A stretch of DNA of 64,000 nucleotides, taken from positions 1 to 64,000 of the IMG/VR virus record IMGVR_UViG_3300038454_000106; one strand, 5' to 3'. Positions within the stretch are counted from its first letter, which is position 1, and each line of letters opens with the position of its first letter. Position numbers and translations under genes: made by a program. Positions 29,140 to 39,570 of this stretch are shown in pieces. Source of the DNA: a virus. The notes under the pieces are model-generated. The model was given only the letters and a program-made list of their open reading frames with translations. It was not told the origin of the DNA and searched no databases.

Positions 29140-29459
29140 GAGAACTCATTTCCGTTGGCGGGCTCTCGGAGCCACCGAGGGTCGATCATACGCACGTTGG
29201 CCATGAGATGGAGCATGCGGTGCAGTAGCGGTCCCCCTTCATCGATGAACCAGACCTCATCGATGTAGCCCTCGGTCGCGGTGATCTGGAGCAGGGTGTA
29301 GCCAACCTGGACCCATGCGAAGCTTGGGATCGCCGCACAGGTGGGAGCCTCGGACCCGACCCTCTCCTGTATCGCCTCGCCGACCAGGATCCAGTGGCGG
29401 ATCCGATTCAGCAACCATCGTCCGCGCTCGTGCGTTGTCATCGAGAGTGGTCGTAGCAC
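29136..29459 (-). CDS. Hypothetical protein
   Basis: Operonic overlap with neighbour. Confidence 0.5.
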   Translation of the reverse strand: MLRPLSMTTHERGRWLLNRIRHWILVGEAIQERVGSEAPTCAAIPSFAWVQVGYTLLQITATEGYIDEVWFIDEGGPLLHRMLHLMANVRMIDPRWLREPANGNEFS

Positions 29460-29484
29460 ATGCGTTGACCGCTGGAAGCCATCC

Positions 29485-29961
29485 TCACGCTATGCGCACG
29501 AAGCTTGGCCCCTCGAGTGATCGCCATAGATCTGTCGGGGTGACCTTGCCTGGATCCAACAGAGCCCACTCTGGGATCTGGCGCCGATCTGGATCCAGGA
29601 CGAGCACCAGTCGGACACACGTCCAGCGCGGGCGGTGACCATCGAGTCGCCAGTGTGCGCGTCTCGCGCGGAAGGGCCAGCCAAGCACGTCACCCACGTC
29701 GTAGGGCTTGCCGAGCTGCTGGAGCGCATAGGTGAGGCCGAGGCGGACATCGCGCAGCACGCGGTACTCGGCGAGCAGCCGGTAGCCGTGCTCGCCAATG
29801 GTCGTGCGGGGCTCGAGGGCCACACCCTCCCTGTGTGCATGGAGGGCGTGATCCCCGAGCCCGATCGCGACGTGGCTCGCGGGTCCACCCGTGAACCACT
29901 GGATCAGCCGGCCCGTAGGTCCATCATTGGTGAGTACGAGGATGGTCGGTTGCCCGATCAT
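29485..29961 (-). CDS. Permuted papain-like (YiiX/YaeF, NlpC/P60-related) enzyme
   Basis: SHVAI ... LGKPYD ... WTCVRLV ... VTPTDL (His precedes Cys). Confidence 0.8.
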   Translation of the reverse strand: MIGQPTILVLTNDGPTGRLIQWFTGGPASHVAIGLGDHALHAHREGVALEPRTTIGEHGYRLLAEYRVLRDVRLGLTYALQQLGKPYDVGDVLGWPFRARRAHWRLDGHRPRWTCVRLVLVLDPDRRQIPEWALLDPGKVTPTDLWRSLEGPSFVRIA

Positions 29962-29984
29962 CCTCGAAGCGTACCCGGAGAGCC

Positions 29985-30557
29985 TCAGTTGGAGCTTTTC
30001 TTGATGGGCACAGCATGGATCGCGAACCCGAGAGTGATCTGGTCCACTGGATGCCAGGGCTGCTTGAATAACCCTGCCGGTGTGACGATGGTGACGTCCT
30101 GTAATCTCGTCGACTGACAATACCGCACAACGATCGTACCGTCGCGATAGAGAGAGACGCCCGCGAACACGTGACAGGCCGCTTCCGGGATCTCTACCTC
30201 GCAGACATCAGGGTCATTGAGGTGTAGCTCGTTGCCGATCGCGGTGATGATTTGTGCCGCAAGGTCCGTCGATGACATGCCGACGTCAACGATCAAGCCG
30301 ATAAGCTCTCGTGTCTCAAGGCAGAGGAAGCAGGCAGTGATCTCCCGCGTGTAGGCAGTGATCTCCCGCGCCATCATGTTCTGTGGGTCACAGGCAGTGA
30401 TCTCCCGCGTGTCGGCAGTGATCTCCCGCGTGTCCATCGTGTTCTGTGGGTCACGCCAACTGAGCGTGACATGCACCAGCGTCGACCCTGGTAGGATCCT
30501 GATCTCGATGACGCGCCAGTTGCTCGGCGTCTCCAAGTTCATCTTGAGGACGGTCAT
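29985..30557 (-). CDS. Hypothetical protein with internal REITA repeats
   Basis: 190 aa; four REITA copies. Confidence 0.55.
   Translation of the reverse strand: MTVLKMNLETPSNWRVIEIRILPGSTLVHVTLSWRDPQNTMDTREITADTREITACDPQNMMAREITAYTREITACFLCLETRELIGLIVDVGMSSTDLAAQIITAIGNELHLNDPDVCEVEIPEAACHVFAGVSLYRDGTIVVRYCQSTRLQDVTIVTPAGLFKQPWHPVDQITLGFAIHAVPIKKSSN
30331..30453. repeat. Nested tandem duplication (60/63-bp units, each with 2x GGCAGTGATCTCCCGCG)
   Basis: Directly visible in the sequence; frame-preserving. Confidence 0.85.
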
Positions 30558-30856
30558 GGGCTGCCACCCAATTGACTGATCGGGGCCTGCCAGCAGCGCC
30601 GGCACCCACCGGCGCATTGCAGTAAAACACGCTCACCGCGGGTCACGATGGCCTCCATGCGACTGTCACAGATGGGACACGTGAGAACGTATGGCGGGCT
30701 AAATTGGCCGGTTCCCTCGTGCGGCTCATAGGTCCGCATCACGACGTGACTGCTATCGCCATTGACGAGTGCAGCCACTTGCGCGAGACGCTCAGCGTGC
30801 TCCGCGTTGTTGGCGAGTACCGTGATCAGGATCCAGTGATCCTGTCGTGTCTTCAC
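30554..30856 (-). CDS. Small Zn-ribbon protein
   Basis: CPIC...CAGGC. Confidence 0.55.
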   Translation of the reverse strand: MKTRQDHWILITVLANNAEHAERLAQVAALVNGDSSHVVMRTYEPHEGTGQFSPPYVLTCPICDSRMEAIVTRGERVLLQCAGGCRRCWQAPISQLGGSP

Positions 30857-31302
30857 GGCTCACCTCCCATCGCGGTGACGGTCAGGAACACGTGACCGGC
30901 CTCGTACTTCGCGATGAGCCAGCCGCTCACGCCTTGACCGCGTCCACAGGCCGCGTTGGGCGTGTCCAGGCGCGCGGTCCACCAGCGCGGCCGGTCACTG
31001 TCGAGGGCCCAGCCCCAAGCGGCTGGAACGTACTCACGGGGCTTGGCGTGAAGGTCGTCGCAGAGGTGTTCGAAGTCGTGGAGGTCACCGTTGAAGCGGA
31101 CGTAGCCCCAGTAGAGGCCCGCACCCGCACCATCACTCAGCTCGCCATATTCGGCCTCGACGCCGGACCGATTGGCAAGGGACACGTTGATGATGCGCTC
31201 GATGCGGACCAGGTCATCGTTCCGGTGGAGATGGCCAAGAATGCCGCCCACCAAGAACGAGAGCATCACCAGGATGATAATGACGATTGACGTCCGGTTC
31301 AT
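30853..31302 (-). CDS. Putative immunity protein (N-terminal membrane anchor)
   Basis: Signal-anchor [20 protein letters not shown]; translationally coupled to the toxin gene. Confidence 0.55.
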   Translation of the reverse strand: MNRTSIVIIILVMLSFLVGGILGHLHRNDDLVRIERIINVSLANRSGVEAEYGELSDGAGAGLYWGYVRFNGDLHDFEHLCDDLHAKPREYVPAAWGWALDSDRPRWWTARLDTPNAACGRGQGVSGWLIAKYEAGHVFLTVTAMGGEP

Positions 31303-34300
31303 GGGAGCACCTCTTTGGCTACGCGCCGATCGAGGTCGCTCATGTTCGGAGGACTTGGTGGTGCCTCACATGCTCGCTCCGGATCGTCCGGGTAGCAGAC
31401 GCGGTCAGGCACGGGTCGGTGGTTGGTGTCCTCAGTCAAGTGGAGCGACGACTCAACGCCGGTATCGCCCCAAACGCATGCCCCAGGGGGGCCAGCGACC
31501 GAGTCACCGGCATAGGCACCAACGGCTCCATCAGAGCCTGCATCGCTCTCCGTCTGCGAGATGCGGTCGCCGACCCGGTGCGGCTTGCCAGGCCAGCTCG
31601 CAAACTGCTCTCCATCGTGTTGGGTCACGGCCACAAATTCGCTCGTGATGTCATATGGCTTGCCGGGCATTGCGAAGCCCGCAGTGCGAACTTTCAGCTC
31701 GGCAACCGGAGGGCGGCCTGAATCCTTAGGTGTCTCCTTGTGGAAGTTGAATCCCTTTTTGTCGAAGTTCCAGTAGTCAAAGAAGAACAGCACACCCGTG
31801 AAGCGCCACATTCCCTCGGGCATGACTTCGACCTGACCGTTCCAGTGGATCGTGAAGTCGCCGAGCGTTGCGGACATGAGTGCGACGGCAGATCCACTTG
31901 CCACGACAGACTCGGTACCGCCACCAGCGGCCTTGAGCCGCTCCACCTGTGCCATGAACGCGTCCGAGCGCCGGATGTCGACGACGGGCTGGATTGCTGC
32001 CATCTCAGCTTTCGTCAGACAGATGCCCTCACCTGTGCCTCGGAGGTAGTGCGTTACGAGCTTGCGCTGCATAGGCTGGTCGAAGGGCGCCAGCCACATA
32101 CCGTCCATGAACCACTCGGAGGCACTGTAGGCAGCATCGAGAGCACCGTCGACCACGGCATGCTCAGCGGGTCCCGCATGGCCAGCCAGCTCGTCGAGCA
32201 CTGGCTCGGCCGACTTGCCCGCGACCACAGCGTCGGCGGCGCGGTCCGCATGCTTCTCGTAGAGGTCGCCGGTGTCACCGAGGCCATCCTTGAGATACAC
32301 GCCCGAGCGCTGCTGGACGACGTGAGCCGCCTCGTGCGCTGCGGTGTGGAGATCGGGTGTCCCACCGAAGGCGACGCGGTTGCCGGTCGCGAAGGCCATC
32401 GCGCCGAGGCCGTGGCACGCGTTGATCGCCGCCTCGTCGGTGTGCGCCTGGATCTTGCTCACGTCATGGCGACCGAAAGAGGCCTGGATCTGGCCGAGGA
32501 AGGGCAGCGTGCCAGCGGTGCCGCTGGTGCCCATGGCGGCCAGCTCGTGCGGGTCACCGCCGGTCCCGTCGTGCGTGTGCTTCTCCTGGATCGGTGCCTT
32601 CGGCGTCTCCAGCTTGGGCTTGACCTTCGCTATCCTGAATGCCTCCTCGGCGGGGAGGCCGTTCTTCCGGGCGTCGATCCACCGCAGACGATCGACCGAG
32701 CCTGGCCACTCTGGACGTACCGCGGTGGACCGCGCCACCAGCTCGGGCACGTCAGGGGACGTGTAGGGGTACAGTTCCGCGCCCGGCCACATGTTGGCGC
32801 CGGGTCCGGGCGCATCGAAGCGGCGCCAGCCACCTCCTCTGCCAACCTTCGGGCCCGTCGCATGCGCGGTGAAGTACTCATTGGGTGCATAGACCGGCTT
32901 GCGGAGGTGCTGTGCCGTCTGCTTCGCGATGCCATGCTCGCTCGATCCTGCGTACTCCGAGACAAGAATGACCCGCTCGTACTTGTGTAGGTCGGGGACG
33001 GTCTTCTTGATGTATTGCGCAAGACCGCGCGGCTTCAAGAAATGGCCCTGGAGTCCGCCTTGTCGTGGCACCCGTACCTCAAAGGCTTGCTGGGAGGGCA
33101 TGTGGAGCCCCCCTGGCACGCCCATTTGGGGAACATAGGGGCCCTTGACGACGACAACGAGCGAGCCAGGCAGGGCATCCACGCTATGGCCGAGCTGTGC
33201 AGCCTGCCTGTAGGGACCAACCCCGGCCCCGTTTTCGAGGATTGGATGTCCCACGACGATGACGTCGTTCTGGACGCTGTACAGCGTCGGCGCCGGTCCG
33301 CCTGCTCGCTGGCTCTGTGCATTGAGCAGATGGCTCTGTTCGTCCTGTCCCGCGGTGGGGATGCCGGTCTGCACGGGAGGCGGCTCGGGTGGTTCGGGCG
33401 GAGGGCGTCGGTATGAATCGAGCGGGATGATGTCCTGTTCGATCAGTGCAATCTCCTCGGGCGACAAGTCGCGTGTCGCTGCCAGGAGTGCGTCCTCTCG
33501 GAGCTGCTCAGGCTTCGCGTTCGAGGCCTCGGCCTTGATCGTGGCCTTGATCTCTTTGAGGGTCGCCAGCTTCTCGTGCCGCTCTGTGGCCTCGCGCTCG
33601 GCGCGCCTCGCGGCGAGCGCATCTTCTTTGCTGGCGTCCTGCACGGCCTCGACGCCATGGCGAAGCCGAGGCCATGGGCCACGGAGCAGGTTGCCCTCGT
33701 CGAGCACCCGCGTCAGTTCCGTGGCCTTGAGGATCCACTGCGTGATGTCACCCGCGGCGCTCAGTCTCTCGACCAGACGAGCGAGCGCGGCCCACTTCGA
33801 GCCGGCCTGTGCCGCCGCGGCAGCGCCGCACGTGAGCAGTGTGAGCGCGATCTGCGCCACGACGTACCCAAGCGCCTCCCCACGGAAGTGACCCCGCTGG
33901 TAGGGGTCCTCGGCGTCCCATTCCTTGGCGAAGTGCTCGCCCATGGCGCGCAGAGCGCCAGGCATCTCACCAAAGAAGTGGATCAACTTCTTGGCGATCA
34001 ACATCACGACGCCTGGGATGCCCGACGAGATCATCGTCTTGACCAGCTCGAAAGCGAGCTTGGCGGTTGGCAGGATGGCGCCAATGAGATCCGCGATCGA
34101 TTCATACACGCCGCGGATGACGCCAACACCAAAGCCGAGTGCGTAGTGTCCATCGGTGAGAATATCGTGAGCCGTGTCGATGATCGCATCGGCCGCGCGC
34201 GTGAACGGCGACGCGTACTGGAAGGCACGCAGCGTCGTGGCGTCCTTCCTCTCGCCGTTGAGGACCTGCAAGGCCTCCCGCGCCGAGCCAAGCACCGTCG

Positions 34301-35111
34301 CGAACCATCGACCGTTGATCGACGCGCCGCTCCTGAGATGGCTCTCGAGGATGCGCATCTGGTCGCAGGCCGCGCCGACGCTCATCATCGCCGTCGTCCG
34401 CGCCGCGCCGTAGTGGGCGAACCGCTCATAGACCTTGTCCGGCGAGGCGATCGAGAGCAACTTCTCGTTGACGACGTGGACCAGGGCGATGGCCTGGTCG
34501 CGATCCGTGCTCTCAATCTGGACGGCCGCTTGGACGTACGCCTCGATCTCCGCGACCGTGGCCGGGAGGCTAACGTATCCAGCACGCGCCTCGGTGAGCA
34601 CCCGCTGCTCTCGGTGCTGGGCCTCTTGGCCCTCGACGAAACGCCGCGTCGAGTCCGAGGTCGGCCGCGCGCTGCCACGCAAGCGCACGTGTGCGACCTG
34701 CTCTGCGTCCGCGCCAAGCAGCTCGAGGCTCGACTCGTGGCTCGTGGCGTGATCCTCTGGTCCACGCTCCGGCGCGAACGTCACCGGAACGATCATGACG
34801 CTGTGGGGCTCTACCGTCTGCGCCTTGACCTTGGCTTCGAAGGAGCGATCCGGGAGGATCGCCCCCGCGACCTCCACGGGCTCGTCGTGGGGATTGTGGA
34901 CATGGGCCACCTGCGTGGTCCGCTGGCCCCGTTCGGCGACCATACGGAGCTGCTCGGGCAGCGGCGCGAGCCGCTTGCCGCTCTGGTTCCGGATCCGAAA
35001 TTGGAGCGGCGGAACTTTGGGCTTGCGTCCTGGTCCTGGTGCGGGGTCAAGGTCGCCAGCGGTGTCCAGCGGCCGATGGGGGACTTCCGTCCCGGTATGT
35101 CGATGTTTCAT
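31299..35111 (-). CDS. Multidomain toxin-like protein: Ig/ASH-like, helical TM region, degenerate C80-like domain, DUF4157 (eCIS core), colicin-M-like C-terminus
   Basis: [15 protein letters not shown]...[13 protein letters not shown]...YEKHAD (DUF4157); HYLRGTG...[11 protein letters not shown]...GMWRFTG...DYWNFD...R...GKPYDI (ColM-like). Confidence 0.8.
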   Translation of the reverse strand: MKHRHTGTEVPHRPLDTAGDLDPAPGPGRKPKVPPLQFRIRNQSGKRLAPLPEQLRMVAERGQRTTQVAHVHNPHDEPVEVAGAILPDRSFEAKVKAQTVEPHSVMIVPVTFAPERGPEDHATSHESSLELLGADAEQVAHVRLRGSARPTSDSTRRFVEGQEAQHREQRVLTEARAGYVSLPATVAEIEAYVQAAVQIESTDRDQAIALVHVVNEKLLSIASPDKVYERFAHYGAARTTAMMSVGAACDQMRILESHLRSGASINGRWFATVLGSAREALQVLNGERKDATTLRAFQYASPFTRAADAIIDTAHDILTDGHYALGFGVGVIRGVYESIADLIGAILPTAKLAFELVKTMISSGIPGVVMLIAKKLIHFFGEMPGALRAMGEHFAKEWDAEDPYQRGHFRGEALGYVVAQIALTLLTCGAAAAAQAGSKWAALARLVERLSAAGDITQWILKATELTRVLDEGNLLRGPWPRLRHGVEAVQDASKEDALAARRAEREATERHEKLATLKEIKATIKAEASNAKPEQLREDALLAATRDLSPEEIALIEQDIIPLDSYRRPPPEPPEPPPVQTGIPTAGQDEQSHLLNAQSQRAGGPAPTLYSVQNDVIVVGHPILENGAGVGPYRQAAQLGHSVDALPGSLVVVVKGPYVPQMGVPGGLHMPSQQAFEVRVPRQGGLQGHFLKPRGLAQYIKKTVPDLHKYERVILVSEYAGSSEHGIAKQTAQHLRKPVYAPNEYFTAHATGPKVGRGGGWRRFDAPGPGANMWPGAELYPYTSPDVPELVARSTAVRPEWPGSVDRLRWIDARKNGLPAEEAFRIAKVKPKLETPKAPIQEKHTHDGTGGDPHELAAMGTSGTAGTLPFLGQIQASFGRHDVSKIQAHTDEAAINACHGLGAMAFATGNRVAFGGTPDLHTAAHEAAHVVQQRSGVYLKDGLGDTGDLYEKHADRAADAVVAGKSAEPVLDELAGHAGPAEHAVVDGALDAAYSASEWFMDGMWLAPFDQPMQRKLVTHYLRGTGEGICLTKAEMAAIQPVVDIRRSDAFMAQVERLKAAGGGTESVVASGSAVALMSATLGDFTIHWNGQVEVMPEGMWRFTGVLFFFDYWNFDKKGFNFHKETPKDSGRPPVAELKVRTAGFAMPGKPYDITSEFVAVTQHDGEQFASWPGKPHRVGDRISQTESDAGSDGAVGAYAGDSVAGPPGACVWGDTGVESSLHLTEDTNHRPVPDRVCYPDDPERACEAPPSPPNMSDLDRRVAKEVLP

Positions 35112-35138
35112 CTCACGGTTCTACGGCACCTCGCTGGC

Positions 35139-35420
35139 CTAGCTTCCTTTCCGGCACAGAGATACCCACGACGCGTGGCCGGTGACCGCAGCGGCCTCGG
35201 TGGTGTAGACCTCTCGGCAGAATGCTTGGCTCTCCCGCTTGACAACGTCGTGAGCGACCACGTGTGTTGTGAAAAGGGCGTCCTCCTGCCCACTCCAGAC
35301 CGTATGGACCGATACATTTCCGATCGTGTTTGCCGCGATGGCGACATAGCTCGGATCTGCGACCAGCTCGGCCCAGCGCTCGAGGCTGATCAGTCTACCC
35401 TGGCGGTCGCGTAGCCTCAT
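35139..35420 (-). CDS. Conserved phage hypothetical protein (paralog of 43814-44233)
   Basis: DRQG..I...W......Y..I...T......TVW.G...LF.T...Y.TE..A..GH. Confidence 0.65.
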   Translation of the reverse strand: MRLRDRQGRLISLERWAELVADPSYVAIAANTIGNVSVHTVWSGQEDALFTTHVVAHDVVKRESQAFCREVYTTEAAAVTGHASWVSLCRKGS

Positions 35421-35683
35421 TCCTTCACGTCTAGTCGTCCCTGAAAGCGGCAGATCGGGCATTCGACGTGGATGATGACATTGTCATCGCGCTCGAATTC
35501 GGCGAGCACGGCGAGCAGGTCGGCGCTGTTGCACGCGGGGCACGGGACGCGTGGATCTGGGTTGTCAACGTCGTAGGAGACGGCATGGACCTGGCCACGT
35601 CGCGTGGCCATCGCCAGCACGAGATCGCTATGCTCCTCGATGGAGCCCGGCACCGTGATCGTGACGCGGGTGATCATCCTCAT
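35417..35683 (-). CDS. Small Zn-finger protein
   Basis: CPAC...CPIC. Confidence 0.6.
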   Translation of the reverse strand: MRMITRVTITVPGSIEEHSDLVLAMATRRGQVHAVSYDVDNPDPRVPCPACNSADLLAVLAEFERDDNVIIHVECPICRFQGRLDVKE

Positions 35684-35895
35684 GGCCCAAGCACTCTATG
35701 GATGAGATCACTCAGCTCGCCGGACAGCTCGCACCGGACTCGGGTACGTGCCATGAGATCCTCGGACGTGCTCACCAGCGGGCTCACACCAGCGACGCCC
35801 TTGATCATACGGATCGCGGCTAGCATTGGCTCCGCGTCATCGTCGCGGATGTCTTGTTCGAACGTGACGATCACTCCCTTGAGCCTGTCAGTCAT
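35680..35895 (-). CDS. Small phage hypothetical protein
   Basis: MTDRLKGVIVTFEQDIRDDD...IRMIKGV; strong GGAGG SD. Confidence 0.7.
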   Translation of the reverse strand: MTDRLKGVIVTFEQDIRDDDAEPMLAAIRMIKGVAGVSPLVSTSEDLMARTRVRCELSGELSDLIHRVLGP

Positions 35896-35948
35896 TTTGG
35901 ACCTCCCCCCCCTCTATTGTTTGCGCCGCACGTCATCACGGCCGAGCC

Positions 35949-36455
35949 TCAAAGCTTGGTGACCTCGATCAGGTCTGGCCGATCCTCCGTGTGCGAGACC
36001 ATGGTGCCCGCCGCGTTATACGTCGTGTTCGCGTCCCCGCAGGACACGTAGAGCGCGCCGTCGACGAAGGAGCCGATCCTACGCGAGAGGTAGCAGTAGG
36101 TACCGCTCGGGCCCGTCGAGCCCGTGCAGGTGGCCCCAGCCGGGCAAAAGCGCGGGGTCGGCGTCTGGCAGATCTTGACGACGTAGTCATCCTCGGGGCC
36201 AACCTCGTGCATCACGGCGACGCTGTGGAGCGTCTCGTTGCGCGACCCATCGGCGAAGCGCAGAGTCCACGTGTAGTCCTCACAGGTGACCTGGATCTTT
36301 GTGGCTGCGCGAGCATCGGGCTCGTGTGGATCGGAATTGGATCCCGCGTCTTGGCTCACGTCGGGTGTGGCGTCGACGAGGTTGGGCGCGGCTCCATCAT
36401 CGGAGAACTTGCAGGCAGCGGTGAGGAAGAGCAGCGTGAATCGTACAAGGGTCAT
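35949..36455 (-). CDS. Putative lipoprotein
   Basis: LLFLTAAC lipobox-like; DATPD..DAG linker; Cys-rich. Confidence 0.7.
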   Translation of the reverse strand: MTLVRFTLLFLTAACKFSDDGAAPNLVDATPDVSQDAGSNSDPHEPDARAATKIQVTCEDYTWTLRFADGSRNETLHSVAVMHEVGPEDDYVVKICQTPTPRFCPAGATCTGSTGPSGTYCYLSRRIGSFVDGALYVSCGDANTTYNAAGTMVSHTEDRPDLIEVTKL

Positions 36456-36895
36456 TCCTGATCTCCTTCGGGGGACACGTCATCGTGGACGAGGCCACGA
36501 ACGCGCAACTTGTCGAGGTACATCGTGGTATCTCCGCCGACCGGCACATACTCGATTCGATCGGCGAGCCCGGCTGAGAGCGGGAGCACCATGCTGCGCA
36601 CGATATGTACCGCCTGCTCGATTACCACGTGTCTAGCCGTGCCCCAAGGCCATCTCCGAATCTGTCGGCGTTGTACGCCCCTGTACATCACGCGGACCCG
36701 TTGCTTGTACACGGTGCGGCGTTCGGCCAGATCGGCGAGGAGCTGGTAGTCCCGAAACTCCGCGTGCCAGAAGCCCACGACGTAGAGATCCGCGCTCGGA
36801 GCCCGTACCATCGTGAACTGTGCCCTATCACTCCCAGCGCTCGAACGTGAAGCCGACACCTGGTCCTCCTCCCAACTAGTGATCTGCGATGTCAC
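36452..36895 (-). CDS. Hypothetical protein
   Basis: Operonic ORF. Confidence 0.5.
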   Translation of the reverse strand: MTSQITSWEEDQVSASRSSAGSDRAQFTMVRAPSADLYVVGFWHAEFRDYQLLADLAERRTVYKQRVRVMYRGVQRRQIRRWPWGTARHVVIEQAVHIVRSMVLPLSAGLADRIEYVPVGGDTTMYLDKLRVRGLVHDDVSPEGDQE

Positions 36896-37009
36896 CGTGT
36901 TTCTATTTGGCGTTCCTCGCGGTGCCTCGACATCCCTGGGTTGTCTCTCCGGAAGGTCCTGAAAATCAATCGTTCCTCACGCTCACCCGATGCGGGTACA
37001 CTTGTTGAC

Positions 37010-37333
37010 ATGTTGACGTATGCGCTCAGGGGACCGGCAGCCGAGCCCATGACGATCCCGATCATCGTTCAGCCCTCCGCGAACGGTGACACGGCGGCGA
37101 CGCCGATCAGGACGGCGGTGATCCAGCCGCTCCTGGTGAAGCAGCCGACGACTGCCACGACGGCCACACCCTCGGCCCCCAACGTGCCCGCGCCGCCCAC
37201 GGATGCCAGCACCCCTGCTGCCCCCGCGCCAGAGGAGGCCGCGTCCGCTCCTTGGTACCGGAGCCGGACGGTGCAGATCGCCGCGGGTGCCACCATCGTC
37301 GGTGCTCTGGCCTTCTGGCTCTGGCGCCGCTAG
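37010..37333 (+). CDS. Pro/Thr-rich protein with PWY-TM anchor
   Basis: APWYRSRTVQIAAGATIVGALAFWLWRR; TACACT 7 nt before the ATG. Confidence 0.7.
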   Translation: MLTYALRGPAAEPMTIPIIVQPSANGDTAATPIRTAVIQPLLVKQPTTATTATPSAPNVPAPPTDASTPAAPAPEEAASAPWYRSRTVQIAAGATIVGALAFWLWRR

Positions 37334-37357
37334 CTGCCATGGCCAGACCTGCGCGTC

Positions 37358-37732
37358 TTGATCATGCGCATGCATCCCACCACGAGGCTGAGAGACGTCG
37401 TGGTCTCGAACGGCGTAGGATCCTCGGCCATGAGGCACGCGCTCTCTCCGATCACACCCGCAAGACGCACACCCTGGCGGCCCTGGTGGGCCACGATGGT
37501 GCTCGTCGCGTACGGGGCCATGGCAGGCTACGCGCTGTACCTCGGCGCGTACTTGGCCGCCGGTCTCACGACCGCTGCCACGTTGATGATCGGATGGTTC
37601 GCACGGCAGCAGGACGTGCCCGAGGAGCCGCTCGTGCTCCAGGGCGCCGAGCGGCTACTGCCGCCCGTGTCCAGCCAGCAGGTGGGCGGCGAGGCCAAGC
37701 AAGAGCAGGAGCCCGGCCTCGAAACGCGATGA
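37358..37732 (+). CDS. Small 2-TM membrane protein
   Basis: Hydrophobic core. Confidence 0.55.
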   Translation: MIMRMHPTTRLRDVVVSNGVGSSAMRHALSPITPARRTPWRPWWATMVLVAYGAMAGYALYLGAYLAAGLTTAATLMIGWFARQQDVPEEPLVLQGAERLLPPVSSQQVGGEAKQEQEPGLETR

Positions 37733-37734
37733 TC

Positions 37735-38145
37735 TCACGCTCGGTTCGTCAAACGTGGATGGTCACCGATGACGAGCTTCGGACATCGGAGGCTCGGCTC
37801 GTCGATGCGAGCGTCACCCACGAGCGGCTGCTGAACGATCGCGCAGCACCGACCACAGCACGCGCCGATCGTCCACGGTGGCAGCTTGCTCGGCACGTAG
37901 CCGGTGAAGCCGAAGCTCTGTGCGAGATCGACGGCGTAGGTCAATAGCGGCGGGCGTGTGAGGCCAACACTGATCGCAAGGAACCGGTGGCTCATCGAGG
38001 TCCAGAAGTAGCAGTGGAAGTCATTGAACAACTGGACCGCATACAGCGTGGACAAGTTCTCCGGCAGCATCGCGGAGGTGACGATGGCATCGATCGCCCG
38101 TTGCTGTTCGGGCCCCGGCCTAAGGAGGATCTGGTTGTCTGTCAT
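37735..38145 (-). CDS. Hypothetical protein
   Basis: 136 aa natural-looking ORF. Confidence 0.5.
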   Translation of the reverse strand: MTDNQILLRPGPEQQRAIDAIVTSAMLPENLSTLYAVQLFNDFHCYFWTSMSHRFLAISVGLTRPPLLTYAVDLAQSFGFTGYVPSKLPPWTIGACCGRCCAIVQQPLVGDARIDEPSLRCPKLVIGDHPRLTNRA

Positions 38146-38444
38146 GGGCTGAGCCTTGCGCAGAGGTTCCCCATGACGTCAAGCGATTCGTTGCAGCACG
38201 TAGCAGGGAAGATCCACGTGGGTCGCGACGTAGCTACAGCCGGGCCCGATCGACGTGGCGAGGTATCAGTCGGGATCGCGTGGGTAGCCGGTACGGATCC
38301 AGCGTGCCAGGGCAAAGCACGCAGAGCGGAGTGCATCCTTCAGGACGATCCAGGTGTATCGCATGCTCCCTCCATGGCCGAGGATGCTTCTCCTGATCTC
38401 TCTTTCTCAACGGCTCCGGATCCGGATTCGGATATGCTAGGGGC

Positions 38445-38717
38445 ATGCGTACTACCCACCGCAGCGCCACGACGGCCAAGGGCTGGGGCAGTCGGGCCCC
38501 CAAGACCGTTGGAGAGCGCCGAGCGCTCCGAGCACGTTGTGGTCCCCGTGCCTTCCTCGATCCCGAGGGGCTGCGCTTCCCCGTGATCGCGAAGCGAGGA
38601 CGCTGCCTCCTCGACTGCCAGGGCCTCAAGGCTGCCCTTGGACGGGCCAAGGCGAGGCGCTACCGCAGCATCGTGGCGAAGGCCGAGAGCCTGCTGCGCC
38701 GCGGTTGTGGCGTGTGA
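38445..38717 (+). CDS. Small basic protein
   Basis: GW...P....R..L...CG..AFL.P....FP......C..DC.GL.AA; TATGCT 6 nt before the ATG. Confidence 0.6.
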   Translation: MRTTHRSATTAKGWGSRAPKTVGERRALRARCGPRAFLDPEGLRFPVIAKRGRCLLDCQGLKAALGRAKARRYRSIVAKAESLLRRGCGV

Positions 38718-38980
38718 TGGCCCGCCGTCGCAAGGGACGGTCGATCGTCTGCCGGAAGCCCTGGCGCGAGCGGCTCCGGGGCGGCAAGGCCCGTGGGCGC
38801 AGGCCAGCCGACTTCGACCCGAGGCAGCTCCAGATCGGGACCCGAGTTGAGATGGAACACACGGACGATCCGTGCCTCGCGCAGGAGATCGCGATGGACC
38901 ACTTGACCGAGAGCCGCAACTACTACGTCCGCTTGCTGCGGCACCACCTCGACGGTGCCAGTCGGCGCCAGAGACGCTAG
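38717..38980 (+). CDS. DUF5661-like protein
   Basis: QLQIGTRVEMEHTDD...AQEIAMDHLTE..NYY.RL. Confidence 0.8.
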   Translation: MARRRKGRSIVCRKPWRERLRGGKARGRRPADFDPRQLQIGTRVEMEHTDDPCLAQEIAMDHLTESRNYYVRLLRHHLDGASRRQRR

Positions 38981-39570
38981 TTGCCAGCGGCGATGCGCCA
39001 GAACGTGTAGATCGACCGGCCAATGAACGGATCGATGGGATCATCGAGATGTTCAAGACCCTTGAGGATGCGCAGCCGCCGCTCGGTCACGTAGGGGTAA
39101 GTCACTGCATCGAGCGAAGGAACCGCATCACGCAAGGCTCGCTCGATGGCGTCGGCCACGCGCAGCTCAATGTCAGAGCCCCGCAAGCGTTGGATCGCGT
39201 TCCACCGCTGCACTACCCGCTCTCGTTGGCGCGCGACCGTAAGCCCAGTGGTCCCGCTGCCAAGTGGCACGTTCACCTCCCAGGTGTGAGCGGCACGGCG
39301 CGGCAAGCGGGCCATGATGGTCCACTGGATCTCGTCGTTCCAACCCATGAAGCGAGCGGACTCGGCGGCCGATAGCATCGTCACGCAGTCCTGGCACTGC
39401 ACGCCCATGTTCCCAAGTGCAACTTGCTGGATCATTGCCTCACAGGTATCGCTGGAGACGTCGCTGTACCGGAGCCGTCCACAAAGCACACCGGCCGCGT
39501 CCGACCGATGCACCTGCGTGACCAGCGTGCCAGCCTCCTCTCGGTGGACAAAGACATCGAAGGTGATCAT
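38977..39570 (-). CDS. Hypothetical protein
   Basis: Operonic ORF. Confidence 0.6.
   Translation of the reverse strand: MITFDVFVHREEAGTLVTQVHRSDAAGVLCGRLRYSDVSSDTCEAMIQQVALGNMGVQCQDCVTMLSAAESARFMGWNDEIQWTIMARLPRRAAHTWEVNVPLGSGTTGLTVARQRERVVQRWNAIQRLRGSDIELRVADAIERALRDAVPSLDAVTYPYVTERRLRILKGLEHLDDPIDPFIGRSIYTFWRIAAGN

Noticed and set aside
33576-35414. 612-aa plus-strand ORF
   Set aside because: Shadow of the DUF4157 toxin gene
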